Under the pieces are notes generated by a model. The model did not search any database, was not told where the DNA came from, and was given only the letters and a program-made list of their open reading frames with translations. Shown piece after piece: positions 27,804 to 40,657 of a DNA stretch of 64,000 nt. Every line of letters starts with the position of its first letter. The stretch's first letter is position 1. Made by a program: the position numbers and the translations under genes. Origin of the DNA: Cenococcum geophilum (lineage: Eukaryota). The stretch is taken from contig CP158635.1 of NCBI GenBank assembly GCA_050273025.1, forward strand, positions 31,124,001-31,188,000. The letters run 5' to 3'.

Positions 27804-29939
27804 AAAAGATTCACCACACATGCAACCTTACCAAAAGGTAGCGCCGCACTTCAAAACTTACGCATACCCATCTTACCACCAAAAACAATCAATTTTCCAA
27901 CTTTCAAGACCCAATTCCTACTGCTTAGCGAGCTATAGGCGGATTTAATTGTCGTTTTACCCCCTTTCCCCCAACAGAAAATTCTTCTTAGGGGTGGTCC
28001 TAGCTTGTAAGCGAGGCACGGACAGGAACACCAAAACTACTACTATTACTACTACCACCAATACTAGGGGTCTAGTATTACTACTACCTTTAAACCTAAT
28101 CTCCCCAGAAATCCTCTAGTAGGATTAGTAAGGAAAAAGGGTATAAGGATAGTAAAAACTAGAAAACTCCCCCTACAAGATGCCAAGGCCTACTAGGCCT
28201 AAAAAGAAACCTCCTATAGAGACAAGTGACGACAACGAGTCTATAGGCGAAACCCCTATAGAAAGAAATGATAATAGGTTTCTATTTTCATCTTCTTTTC
28301 TTTCTCCTCCTAGCTTGTCTAAGAAGGGAGAGAAAAGAGAACATCCTCAAACTTCTCCTGAAAAAGAAAACCAAAAACCTACAAAAAAGAAACCAATAAC
28401 TACTACGGATGGCACACCTAGTATACCTATACCTTTTCCTCCCCTTTCTCCAGAACAACACCTACAAAAAGCTCTAGAAAGCCTAACCCAGGCATATAAA
28501 GGGCTAGAAAAAGAAGAAGAAAAAGAACAAGTTAAACAGCTAGAGGACTATACAAGGAGTATCCTAGCAGGAGAAAACCCCTTTATAAAAGGAAAAGAAA
28601 AAGAAAAGACAAAAGATGTCCTAAAAGGACTAGTCGAAGAAGTAAGAGCTCTCCGTAAGGAGGTAGCCCCTACTAAAGAAACCTACGCAGAGAGGCTAAA
28701 GAAGGACCTCCCTACTTCGTCCTCTCTACCCTCCTCGTCACTACCATTTCCTACTCCTTCTACTTCTACTAGAAGTAAGAAAAAGCAGCTATAAGAAAGA
28801 AAGCTAGTCCTAATTACAGACCAAAAGGACCAACCTCTAGATACCTTCTCTATACGAAACAAAGTCAATCAACTATTTGCATTAAAACTGCAAGTAGAAA
28901 AACCTGTTTTAGCATCTATAGCTAGAACTAAGGGAAAACAAAATATCCTCCTTACGACTACGGAAGAGTATAATGCGGATTTCCTAGTTAAATATAAGGA
29001 AATCTGGCATAACTGCTTTACCTTTCAAAGAGAACAAAAACTAGAACCATGGGTTCAAATTATAGCCCATGGGGTTCCTACCCTACCTTTCCTAGGAGAA
29101 GGAGGCTCTAAGCTTCTAAAAGAAGAAATTGAGACCTTTAATCCTATAAGGTTACAAGGACTACCTAGATGGATCTCATCTAGTGTAAAAAGACACGATC
29201 CACAGACCAGATTTGGCTCTATAGTTTTTACTATAGAGAACGAAGAAAAAAGACAAGAAATCCTTAAGCAAAAAGAGATATCAATTGCAGGTACAGCTAC
29301 TAAGGTAGTAAAATACCTCGAAGTCTCTCCTACTACGCAGTATACGAGCTGCCAAAAATTTGGCCATATAGGAGATAGGTGCTCTACTAGGGCCTGCAGA
29401 TACTATGCAGCTGTACATTTATCTAAAGACCATTCCTGTTCTACCTGTATAATAATAGACAGGCCTTGCCAGCATACCACCCCTCTTTGCATTAATTGTA
29501 AAGAAAAACACTTTGCTAATAGTAAAGACTGCGAGACTCTTAAAGCTGCTAAACTAGTACGCGAAGAAGATTCTATGGAAGAATAAATCAGATAGGATTC
29601 TAGAAGGGGGTAACTCCTACTAGGCTCTTAAAATGATATTAGAGAGCAAAAGGACAGAAATAAATTACAAAAGGACAGGGACAGGGGTTAGGATTTCTTA
29701 TAGTTTTTCTTACCATTTTCTCATTCCCTAGTAGTTGTAGTATCTTAGTATTTTACTAGGAAACTATAAACTCCTAATTTAGGAGTTTATAAACTACTAG
29801 GATATAGCTACTAGTACATATTAAGCTGCCTAGAAAGGATTTATGTATATAGAACTATAGCGCCATAGCCCAAGGCTGCATGCGCAGTATTGTACGTAGT
29901 ATAATACAATGGATAAAAAAAAATAAAAAAAATAAAAAA
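27804..29939 (+). mobile_element. Non-LTR poly(A) ORF1-only retroelement, copy 2 (inserted in the Helitron)
   Basis: TSD aagagcaaggc at 27793-27803 and 29940-29950. Same 5' end (ttcaccacacatg) as copy 1; (TAn)3 tail. Confidence 0.92.
28180..29586 (+). pseudogene. LINE ORF1-like nucleic-acid-binding protein (468 codons) with a single internal TAA at 28792-28794
   Basis: Frame stays open after the stop to ...EEDSMEE*. C-terminal (C)TSCQKFGHIGDRC, ACRY(C)A..HLSKDH and CINCKEKHFANSKDC knuckles resemble fungal Tad1-clade ORF1. Confidence 0.85.
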
Positions 29940-29950
29940 AAGAGCAAGGC

Positions 29951-31875
29951 CTTAAGTTATATCGTACTTTCCACAATATAATGGCGATCCTTCCTATCTA
30001 TAGTATTCTAAGTTCTGCCGTATAAAGCTCATTCTTTATTACCCGTAGAGGGAGTATAAGAAAGTAGCTACTTATACTAATAAATTTAGGGCCCCTAATT
30101 ACGTGGCTTCCTATTAGGCTTATATTAACTCTTATTAGAACTAGCCCAACTACTTCTATAATTAGAAACTAAAGGAAGGTTATAAAACTGCTAATAATAT
30201 TAATAAGTTTAAGGACGATTTTATAGACAACTTAGAGCTATACTAGTCCTTTAAGGCCCTATATGCCCGCGTTTAAAATACTAATAGAGTTAAAATAAAA
30301 AATCCTAATAAGCTTGGTAATAGGGAGCTTAATTATAACTACGACTAGGGTACGCATTAGGGTATATACCTACAGCTTAATAAGAGGACTTATTGGTAAA
30401 AAGTATAGCTATAGCCTCTACTATAGAGCCGCCTATCTTAAATAGTAACTCTATCCTCCTTATAACCAGATTAGCGTTATATCTATAATATTATAGTTAA
30501 TTACTATAGGCAGATCTAAGTGGGCCTTAGCCCCCCCCTACTGCGGATTAATATTAATAGAGAGGTAGGAACCGGCAAATCGTATCTTATTACTGTCCTT
30601 TCTACTACACTTTATAATATAGCAAGGGCTAATAGTAAGCTATTGCCACTAGCTTAAGCCACCTTTATTAGGGTAGCTACTTTTAGTATTAACGGCAGAA
30701 CTATATACAATCTATTAAGGTTGCCAGTAAATCATCCGTTTAAGGAATTACCTACTACTAGTCTTACGTCTTTACAACAAGCTTTTAAGGATATTTACTA
30801 TCTTATCCTTAATAAGAAATCTATAATTAGGCAAGTACATCTAGCCTAGATTAATTACCGCCTCCGTTAAATCTACCCTACGCGTAATAACGACTACTTT
30901 AGAGGCTTAAACATCTTACTAATAGGCGATTTCCATTAACTTCCCCCTATAGGTTAGGCGGCCTTATATAGCAATCTACCCGCTAGGCTATTAGAGCTCG
31001 CTAGCTATAAAAAGGGAGACTATAAGGCGATTAACCAAACAGCTGTCCTAGATTAAGTTATGCGGTAGGGCGGTAATAACGCTAAGAGCTCTATATTTAG
31101 GACCGCCCTTATAAAGCTACGTAGTAATTCTATAAGTAATTTGACTTAGAAGCTTCTTTTAACTAAGTATAAGTAGGGCCTATCTACCAATAAGGTTGCG
31201 GGCTTTAATAACGTAATTCGGCTATATGGTATACGCGCTGCTATAGGTAAGTATAACACTATTTAGCTTCGCGACCTTTTATAGCTAGTAGTGGCTATTA
31301 AGTTAGTTAACACTAGTGTAGGTACACGGAAAGTTACTCTTAATTAGTGCAATACTATAGAGAATCTAGCCCTATATATTAGCGTAAAAGTAATACTAAT
31401 AAAGAATATTTAGGTTAAACTAGGCTTAGTAAACGGTACTACTAATATAGTTAAAGATATCGTATGGAAGGGATATATAGATATTAAAAAGGATCAGCCT
31501 TAGTTACTACTAATTATAGTAGATAGGTATAACGGACCTGCCCTATTTACTTAGCAGGATAGTAAGAAAATTATCCCTATATTTTCTGTACTTTATAAGT
31601 AGGAAGGTATAAAAGGCTTTTACTTACGGCGTTAATTTCTAATTACTTTAGCTTTTACTTTTACCGTATATAAAAGCTAAAGCCTAATACTTAACCGGGT
31701 GGTTTTAAATATTAAGGAAAAGGATAAAACAGCCGGGCTAACCTATATAGTAATCTTATAAGTTAAGAAGCTTTTAGGGCTTATATTTAAACGTAGATTT
31801 AATATAAAACAATTTTAGTTATCTATAAGGAAGACTAAAAAGGTATAATAAGAAGATTTTATATAGAGGTAGTAG
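29951..31875 (+). pseudogene. Helitron PIF1-family helicase domain
   Basis: GTGKS (~30570); de-RIP APTGVA.F.INGRTIH.LLRLP, LILDEKSMIG, FGGLNILL.GDFHQLPP, RRQFPITLAF.FTVHKSQ.LTL and TY..ISRVK.LSGL. Confidence 0.92.
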
Positions 31876-33019
31876 TAACTACTTATAAACGACTTTTCCT
31901 AATTAGGAAATTATATACTAGCTTAGAGGTAAGCGGAGAATGTAGTATTTATCTTAGTTTCCTAACTTTTAAATAGCTTAACCGCGAAATCCAATTTTTT
32001 AAATTTTAACCCCCTTATCCGTCCTACCTTTTTACTACTTTTAGAGCCATTAGATATATATATAATAATATATAAGGAGAATTAGTAGTATTACCGGATT
32101 AATATTACTGCTATCTATAGCGTTAATTAATTTTTAGAATTTTTTAAATTTTTTTTAAAGGGCGGAACTGTTACTTATATAAGGAGTTACGTAACCTCTA
32201 AGAATATATACTACTTAGGACCGTATATTAGCAACTACAGCTTCTCTATACTATAGTTAAGATTTTATATATACTATACCTAGAGCTGCTTAAAATAACT
32301 ATTACCTATAGATCTGCCTATTTATAAATTAAAAATTAGACGTAGTTAGAGCTATTAGTAGGGGTTATTAATCGCGCTCTCTATAATAAAATCTAACTAA
32401 TAAATAAACTAATAAATTAAATTAAAAGTTTAGAACGTCTAAATAAGGTTCTACTAAAACGCTAGCTAAACCCTAACCTAGACCCTTTCTAACCTATTAA
32501 ATTCTAAAAATAATAACCTCTACTAAATTAAAAATTAACCTTATCCTTAATAAGCCATCCGATTAAATTTAATAGTTCTTTATTATTTAAGATATAGCTA
32601 AAACTAATAAGGTATAGTAGTATATTAACCTATCTAAGAAGAAAGACAATCTTCTAAAGCTAGAACTACTAAGTTGGCCTATACTAAGGGATATACTACC
32701 TACGGCTATATTAATAGCAAAGCTAGACCTAAATTAGCTTACTACTTATAATTAGCTCTACGCTAAATATAAGGACTATTTACGTGTATACTAGAAGCAA
32801 AAACAAGCTATAAACGATATTAATAACTACATCATTCACACCATATCGGTAGCCTACCTTTTACTTATTAACAGCCTCAGTAGTTAGTTATATTAAATAT
32901 TTAAGGCGTCTCTACTACTGTAGTAGCTACTATAGTAATAGAGACACCCTATATTTTGGTAAGTAATTAAGCCTATCTTATACGAAAATCTTATACTATT
33001 AGTACTTACCAAATCACGT

Positions 33020-33440
33020 GCTCGTAGGGCCTTCTCCTATCTATAAATACTCCCTCCTCTATACCTTCCTCTTTTTTTCTTTTTTCTTCCTTATAAGAGC
33101 TAGAGGTGCTTTAATACCCCTCCCTAGTCCCCACTAAGAGATCTATTAGTTTATTAGCATTTTGTTAAGGTACTAAGATCCTAGAGGCCTCCTGCCAGGA
33201 TTATAATTTTCCTAATTTTCCTGGTCGTCCTAATAGGCTCCTAATAGGCTCCTGTTAGGAGCTACTAGGATCTTAATCGTTTTAATTGTCCTAACAGGCT
33301 CCTACTAGGATCTTTGATTTTCCTAATCGTTCTATTAGGCTTTTAATAGGAAACTAGTATTTCCTAATCGTCCTAATAGGCTCCTAATAGGAAACTAGTA
33401 TTTTCTAACCGTCCTATTAGGTTCCTGGTAGAATACCCCC
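33020..33440 (+). repeat. Partial 253-bp-family unit followed by ctcctaatagg-type short repeats
   Basis: 33020-33150 matches units at 42540-43170; 33180-33430 resembles 42180-42410. Confidence 0.8.
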
Positions 33441-33474
33441 CCCCCCCCTATATATACCCCTTAAGCTACACTAC

Positions 33475-33741
33475 TAAGGCTCTATATAAGGCTCTATATA
33501 AAGCTTTATATAAAGCTCTATATAAAGCTCTATATAAAGCTCTACATAAACCTTTACACAAAGCTCTATATAAAGCTCTATATAAAGCTCTATATAAAGC
33601 TCTATACAACGCTTTATATAAAGCTCTATATAAAGCTTTAAATAAAGCTCTATACAAAGCTTTGTATAAGGCTTTACACGAAACTCTATACAAAGCTCTG
33701 CGTATAGAGGCTCTATATAAGCTTCTATATAAAGCTCTATA
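33475..33741 (+). repeat. 12-bp minisatellite (aaagctctatat), continuing at 40658-40790 after the B2 insertion
   Basis: Direct observation; split by the TSD ctata of B2. Confidence 0.92.
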
Positions 33742-36700
33742 TGTCACAGTACTGCAATAAAGTAGACTAAATAACTACGTTATGGTATAAAGAGGGGAAG
33801 AAGGTGGAAAGGGGGTATTGTATACAAATAGTAGGGCCAGCCGCCAAGTCGCTAGTAGTGGGCCAGCTAATAGTAGGGAACAGTACGAGACAGTATAAAA
33901 CAGTATACGTTAGGTTAGTGCCGTAACAGTACTCCTCTTCCCTAGACGGTTTAGTCCCCAAACTAAATAAATAACTTAAAAATAGGCAGTATATGGGGTT
34001 GCCTATTTTCTACCGTAAAGATATTAGTTCCGCTTACCGCCCTTAACTAAGCTAATAGTAATTTTTTATACCGGGCATAGAAAATCCTAATTAGTTAGTT
34101 TAGTAAGTAAGGTTGGTAGAACTCTATACTGCCACCCAAATTAGTCCGTGTGGCGTTTCTTGGTAAGAATTTAGCCAATTAGATAACTTTAACTGCCGGT
34201 TAAAGTTCTATAATATCTTAACCACCACAAATTTTAATATGGTGGTCGGCCGCGACCTTAGCGTGACTTTTTCTTATTTTGTGCCTAGTCTAGGGGTCCT
34301 AGCTTTTTAGGGTGTTACTTATAGAAGCGCTATACAGCTTATTCGTAACCCTTTAGGTCTTTCTCTAGCTGCTAGGTTATATCCTTATAATATTTCCATT
34401 TAATCTCATAAGTTAGGCCCTAGGGGTCTTCGTCGTGTATATTAAGGATTTTCTTAAACTCCTATTTATCTTCTATGTTACCATTATCGTCTCTCTCTAC
34501 TACTCGTCCTTGTATATTACGGCGCTCTATAGTATTAATATTTGCTTAACTAGGGATCTCTTTAGCAGCCTAAAGGCGGACCTTAGATATATAAAAGGAT
34601 TTATTTACTCGGATATAGTCCGGGAGGTTTACTATAACTGCCCTTTAGTATACTGCGAGTACGGGGTACAGGCCGTCCTATTTATTATCCCATTTCTTCT
34701 TAAGTCTATTTATCTTTATATTTTCTAAGCTAACTATAACTATATTACCTTCGTAGAATAACGCGCTCTTATCCCTATGGGTATTAGTATTATCTTTATA
34801 GCGTTACTATAAAATTTAGGCTAGGGCCTTAAGCTGTATTAATATCCGCTTAAAGCGGTTGGCCACAGAGTCTGCGCAAAAGAACTCCTTCTTTACTTAT
34901 GCTAATAGTATTAGTAGGCGGGGGCCAGCAGGCTTAATTCTAAGGCGAGGGTTAAAGCCATAGTTTGCAAAAAACGGGGAAATACCTATACTCTCGTTAA
35001 CTTAGTTATTTATAGCAAACTTAGTAAGCGGCAAGTAGTTAACCTAGTTGTCCTATATAAAGCTAACAAAAGTATAAAGGTATTTATTTACGGCGGCATT
35101 AATAATTTTGGTTTAGCCATCCATTTCTAGATGCTAGGCTAAGCTTAGTTATAAGGTTGTCTTAAGGCGTTTACTTAGTCGTTGCTAGAAGTCGCTAATA
35201 AATTATATGCCGCGATTAGAGATAATTGTGCTTAGTACACCGTGGAGCTTATATACGTTGTTAACAAAGCCATTAACTAACTTCTCTATTAAGAGTCCTA
35301 TTACTAGAATAAGGTATTACATTTTAGTTAGGCGGTCCATAATAATAAGGATATATTTATATACCTTACCGTGGCGTTAGTATACTGGCAGCGTTATAAT
35401 ATAGTTAATTAAGATATCGGTCTACGGGTGGGTAGGTAATTTTAGTAGCTTTAGGAAACCGGGCGGGGCAGAATAGGGGGTCTTAGTGCGAAAGTATAGG
35501 GCATAGTTTTTAACAAAGGTAGCTGTAAACTAGGAGATTCCTAGCTACCAGTATATTCGGTTTAAGAGGTTAAGAGTTTTAACTTAGCTAGGGTAACTAG
35601 CAGGGCCGCTACTATAAGAGTAATAGGTAACTTTTAGGTGGAGGTCTAGGGCGTTAGGGATAAAGAGACGTTAGTAGAAGTAGATCTATTTATTAATAAT
35701 ACTATATTCTAACTTATCGCAACGGAGTAATTTCCTAATTTTCTTTGGCTAACGGTAAGCTTTTTAATTATATAGGGCTGCTACTATATCTCTTGCAAGT
35801 TTATTCTCCTAGTATCCTAGCTAGATTAACTTATCTAGTAACTTTTTGGCTATTTTAGGGTCTAAAGCGGCTATAAACTCCGCGTTATTAGAGTTATAGA
35901 ACTTATATAGTAATTCTTCTAAGATTATAGGGTTAACTTTCTAGGGCGGTATAATAACTTAGGCTCGGTAGCGGAGGCGTTTATTATTAGCATCCTTAGG
36001 CCTTATTCCTAGTAGCCGGCTTAGGGCGTTAGGGAGCGTGGCTTTACTACTAGGTCTATATATAATTACAAAGTTAAACTATAAAAGGAACTCTGCCCAC
36101 TAGACTTAGCGCTGGTTTAGCTGCTTAGTAGTTATAAACATTTATAGGTTTTTATAGTTGGTAATAATTTTAAACGGCTCCTTAGTCCCTTATAGCTTAG
36201 GACGCTATTCCTCTAAAGCCTTAATAATAGCTAGGAGTTCTTTATCGTAGATTTCGTAGTTATATTCCGGCGCGGAGTGCTTTACGGAGAAGAATGCGAC
36301 CAGTCTTAATTTTCCGTTATTATTATACTAGGAAAGGACTCCGCCAAAAGCCCAATTTAATACGTTTATCTCTACTACTGTTTTCTTCATATAGTTATAG
36401 TATGCTAGTACTAGTGCTAAAGTAAAGGCTCCCTTAAGGGCTTTAAGCAATTTAGCTTGTTCTAGTCCCCATAGCCATCTAATATCCTTCTTTAAAAGTT
36501 TTATTATAGGTGTAGCGATGGCAGAGTAGCCTTAGATAAATCGTTAGTAGAAGTTCGCGAAGCTAAGAAATTGTTATAGTTCTTTAATTAATGTCAGGTC
36601 CTTCTATTCCTATAAGGCCTATATCTTCTTAGGGTCTATAGTTATACTATTAGTTAAGATAATTAAGCCAAGGTATTTTATTTTAGTAGAGTAGAACTTA

Positions 36701-39700
36701 GACTTATTAATATTAATCTAAAGTCTAGCATTACTAAGTCTTTAGATGACTTTATTTATATACTTAGTGTGCTTAGCGCGTGTTTTAGAAAAGACAAGGA
36801 TGTTATTAAGGTAGGCAGTGTAGTAGTTGTTAAGGGCGTTATATAAAATATAGTTAATATAGTTTTAGAACGTAGCGGGTGCGTTATAGAGGCCAAATGA
36901 TATAATTAGCATTTTATAGAGTCCGAACTGGGTAATAAATGCTATAAGCTATTTATGGCCCTCCGTAATCCGGATCTAGTTAAACGCAGTAATTACATTA
37001 AGTTTAGTAAAATGCTTGGCGCTATAAAGTGCGTTAAGTGTCTCGCGGATTAGTAGTAGTGGGTATTAATTCTTAATAGTAACTATGTTTAGGCCTTGGT
37101 AGTTATAGTAGATTTATATACTACCGCTAGGCTTAGTAGCGAGGAGGAGTGGTACAGTAGCTGGTAAGGTCGATTTGCGGATAAAACCCTTATCTAGCAT
37201 CTTATTAATCCACTTCTTTACACACCTAAGTTTAGTAGGTAAGAGTGGTTTATTTTTATAGTACAGGGCCTAGTTTCTGGGGGTAATTTTAATTTTATAG
37301 TCCTATAGTTGGTAAGGGGGCAGCTTATCTACATTCTTAGGGAGGAAGTGCTTAATATATTTACTAAACTCCTTTAGTAGGTGTTGTAGAATGTCTTTAC
37401 GGGTTAATCCTGGTTTGCCTTTTAGGAATTTTTTAATATTAGTATCGACTATCTTCCAACGTAAAAGCTCGGGTTTAGTTTTTAGATTTGTCTTAAGGAA
37501 GTTATAGAAATAGGGGGGGGAGCGCTTTATAGGCTTCCTTTATCGTATAGTTGCCTTTTACTAGCCGGCGGAAAGACCTTTCTAATAGGTTCGGTACTTC
37601 TATTAGGCCTATAGGCAGCTCTTTAAGTAGCTGTCAGTGCTTATCTTATTTAATTAGTTCTACTAGCTCCGCTATATAGATTCTTATCACCTTTACGTTT
37701 TTTTATTTATAGAACTGGGTAAAATTAATAGCATAGGTGTATTTAATATCGTCTAGGTTGGGGCGTATCTGGCTCTCCGGTGCTACGGCTGGGCTAGTAT
37801 AGCTTAGTTGGCCTAGGGGGGCAGAAACGAGGCGGTGGCCCTATATAGTACGCGCGGGAGACGGGTATAAGGTTAGGCGTTATGGTGGCGCGGTTTCTAT
37901 TATCCGGGTCTTAGTAGTTATATAGCTAGTCCTTACTATAACGCGAGCTATAGTATGCGTATATGGCATATGGCTTAGTTCTAAGTATTGGGCTAGGCGG
38001 CTAGGGTTTAAATGGTGCCTGGGTTAGGGTTAGTTTCTTAATAGTGGCGGCACAAAGCGGACCTTCTTCCTTAGTCTTAGCAGGGCTAGTTAGCCCATTA
38101 TTTTAGTCTTAAGTACTGGGTTAGTCCAGTCTTCTACTGTCTTATTTCTTTATAGTTATATAGGCTCCCCTTTATTAGGAACGTCTTCTACTATTAGGGC
38201 TTTGTATATAGTTCTAGGCACTAGGCTTAGTAGTGCTAAGTATCTATATAGGGCGTCCCTACTAACGTCGGCTATCCCCCACGGGAGGTAGTGCCTAGAG
38301 TAGTAGTCTAAGTTAAAGTGGATCTTAAGTTTCCTAAAGCTGGGATAAGGCTCATGCTTCTAAAGCTAGGGTATACCTAGGATAATTAGGGTAGTGGGTA
38401 AGAGTTTAGTAATAAAAAAGAGTATGGCTTTAGTATAGAGGCCGATTAATATTTAGGTGGTAAAGTAGTCCGTAATAAGCGAAGTTAGGATACTATCTGC
38501 GAGGCGCAGTGGCCTAGGTGCTAGCAGCTTCTTAGTTATAACGTTATACTTTCTTATAATAGACTCTATGTTGGTAAATGCCATTATAGTATTACTGGAG
38601 TCCACTAGGCTTACTATATTAATATAAACTTAGGGGTATAGGTTACGCAATAAGGAGAGTTAGGTTTAAATAAGGATTAATTTTTTATTACTATTTACTA
38701 ATTTAAGATTAAGTAGTAGTTTACTAATAGAAAGGACTAATTAATCTAGTAATAGGGACCTAATCTTCTCGTCTTCCTCCTTATATGGTTTAGACCCTTA
38801 GGTATAACTTAGTCTAAGGGTCTGCCTTTTAATAACTAGGGTACGGGGCTGTCTTAGCAGGGCGGTCTAGTGTCCGTCTAGCTAGCGGTATCTATTTCTG
38901 TTTTGGTTAGGGTATAGAAAGACAATACCTCGCCGACGACGTGGCCGTGTTCGTATTCGCTAGCGCGAAGTCGCTAATACTAGGCGTTGTTAACGGGTTG
39001 GGCTCCTATATAGGGCATAGTTTAGAGTAACTGAGCCGTAGGGTTAAAGGGGGGGGGTCGTCTGCCGCGGCCATAATAGGCTTTGCGGTTGCCGCGTCTA
39101 TAATAGACTCTACGGTTACCGCGTCCGCGGTTATTTATTCGCGTTATTTAACGGGGTGGCATTAGGACTGGGTTTGCTATCTTAGTGGGGTTATAGGTAT
39201 CCTTTTAGTGGCCAGGTAGGCCATAGATAAGGTATAGTCTATTATTAACACGGCGCTTACGCTCCGTATTTAAGATTTTATTAAGGTCTATAGGTTCTTT
39301 AGTTACTACTGGGGTCGGGGTTAACATAGGGGTAGGGGCTTAGGTAGGTAGGCGGTAATTAGCGTTCTTCTTAAGGTTGGCTTGGTGTGCATAGTTCGCG
39401 AGGTTTTTAGCAAACATATTTATTTGCTTACTCTAACCTGTATAGTCGCTGTTATTAATTTTATGGGCCAGTCTAAGTACCAGCTCTTCTATCTTCGGAG
39501 AGATAAACTTTTAAAGTAGGTCCACCTTCTATTCGTCTATCTTCTTAGCGCGGACTATTAGCTCGTTAAGCTTTCCCTTCTAGGACTAGTAATTACGCTC
39601 GCCTTAGGGGAAATAGTTAAGCTTATTCTTTACGACCTAGGTTATATTAAGGACCTTATAGTAGGTAGTAAAGTCTTTAAGTATATTTTCCTTAGTAGGC

Positions 39701-40657
39701 CATTTCCACGCAGATATATTATTTGGGTTCTTGTGTATAAGCTCTAGGCCCTACTTGATAAACTTATAGGCCTTATCCTCTAGTATATCCGAGATATAAA
39801 GAATCTAGGACTAAACTGTGTTAAAGTAGTCCCAGTCCTAGTTAAAAACTCCCTTAATTTTAATATGCTAGGTCTCGAAATTAGCTTATTATTCTAGCGG
39901 GGTGCCTTTTCCGCTAAATATTGGCGGGTCTTTAGATCTCCGTTTTTTCTACTAGGTTACTACCATTATTATAAGGGTTAATTATTTTAGAACGGTAATA
40001 GTCTCTGCCTAGGAGTTAATAGTTCCTATCTGGGAAGCGATAAGGGCACTAAGGTTTTCGTTAGCTTTTTTATTAGCGGTGTTTATATTATATATACACT
40101 ATAGTCCTACTTTAATGTTATTAAGGAACTCATTAGTATAGTTAACAAGGGTAAGGTAAGCTTTACTAGGCTTAAAGGTCTTAGGGTATGGTAGGGAGCG
40201 GCGGATTATCCACGTAATATTGGGGTATGTCTTTATAAATAGGTCTGCGAAAACATCGTAGGGGTTTTAGGTTTCGGCTATTTCGGCGTCGTTAGTGTCG
40301 CCCATCTAGGCACTAAGTAAAAACTAAGGATTATTCTAGGACTATACTAGGGATATATCGGTTTCAGTAGAGGCGCGCGCAGGTCGCGATTACTTTAGGG
40401 CGGAGGTTAATTAGCTAGGGTATGGGGAATCAGTAATCGCGACGGGGCGTAAATTAAAGATACCACAAACTGTCACAGTGCTGCAATAAAGTAGACTAAA
40501 TAACTACGTTGTGGTATAAAGAGGGGAAGAAGGTGGAAAGGGGGTATTATATACAAATAGTAGGGCCGGCCGCTAAGTCGCTAGTGGTGGGCTAGCCAAC
40601 AGTAGGGAACAGTACGAGACAGTATGAAACAGTATGCGTCAGGTCAGTGCCGTAACA
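33742..40657 (-). mobile_element. Ty3/Gypsy chromovirus B, copy 2 (inverted relative to copy 1)
   Basis: LTRs 33742-33928 and 40471-40657. TSD ctata at 33737-33741 and 40658-40662. Internal sequence is the reverse complement of 10411-16950, differing mostly by transitions. Confidence 0.96.

Larger units (their letters stand above)
420..33013 (+). mobile_element. Helitron (~6.2 kb after removing nested inserts), segments 420-2481, 17714-18608, 27664-27803 and 29951-33013
   Basis: Rep and PIF1 motifs continue across each insertion once TSDs ttagc, cttaa and aagagcaaggc are collapsed. 5' boundary uncertain; 3' boundary inferred from the palindrome at 32905-32948. Confidence 0.85.

Noticed and set aside
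32460..32500. Telomeric CCCTAA repeats
   Set aside because: A single occurrence, not an array.
33466..33747. 93-aa ORF (RALY repeats)
   Set aside because: Translation of a 12-bp minisatellite with its start inside an LTR; an artefact.
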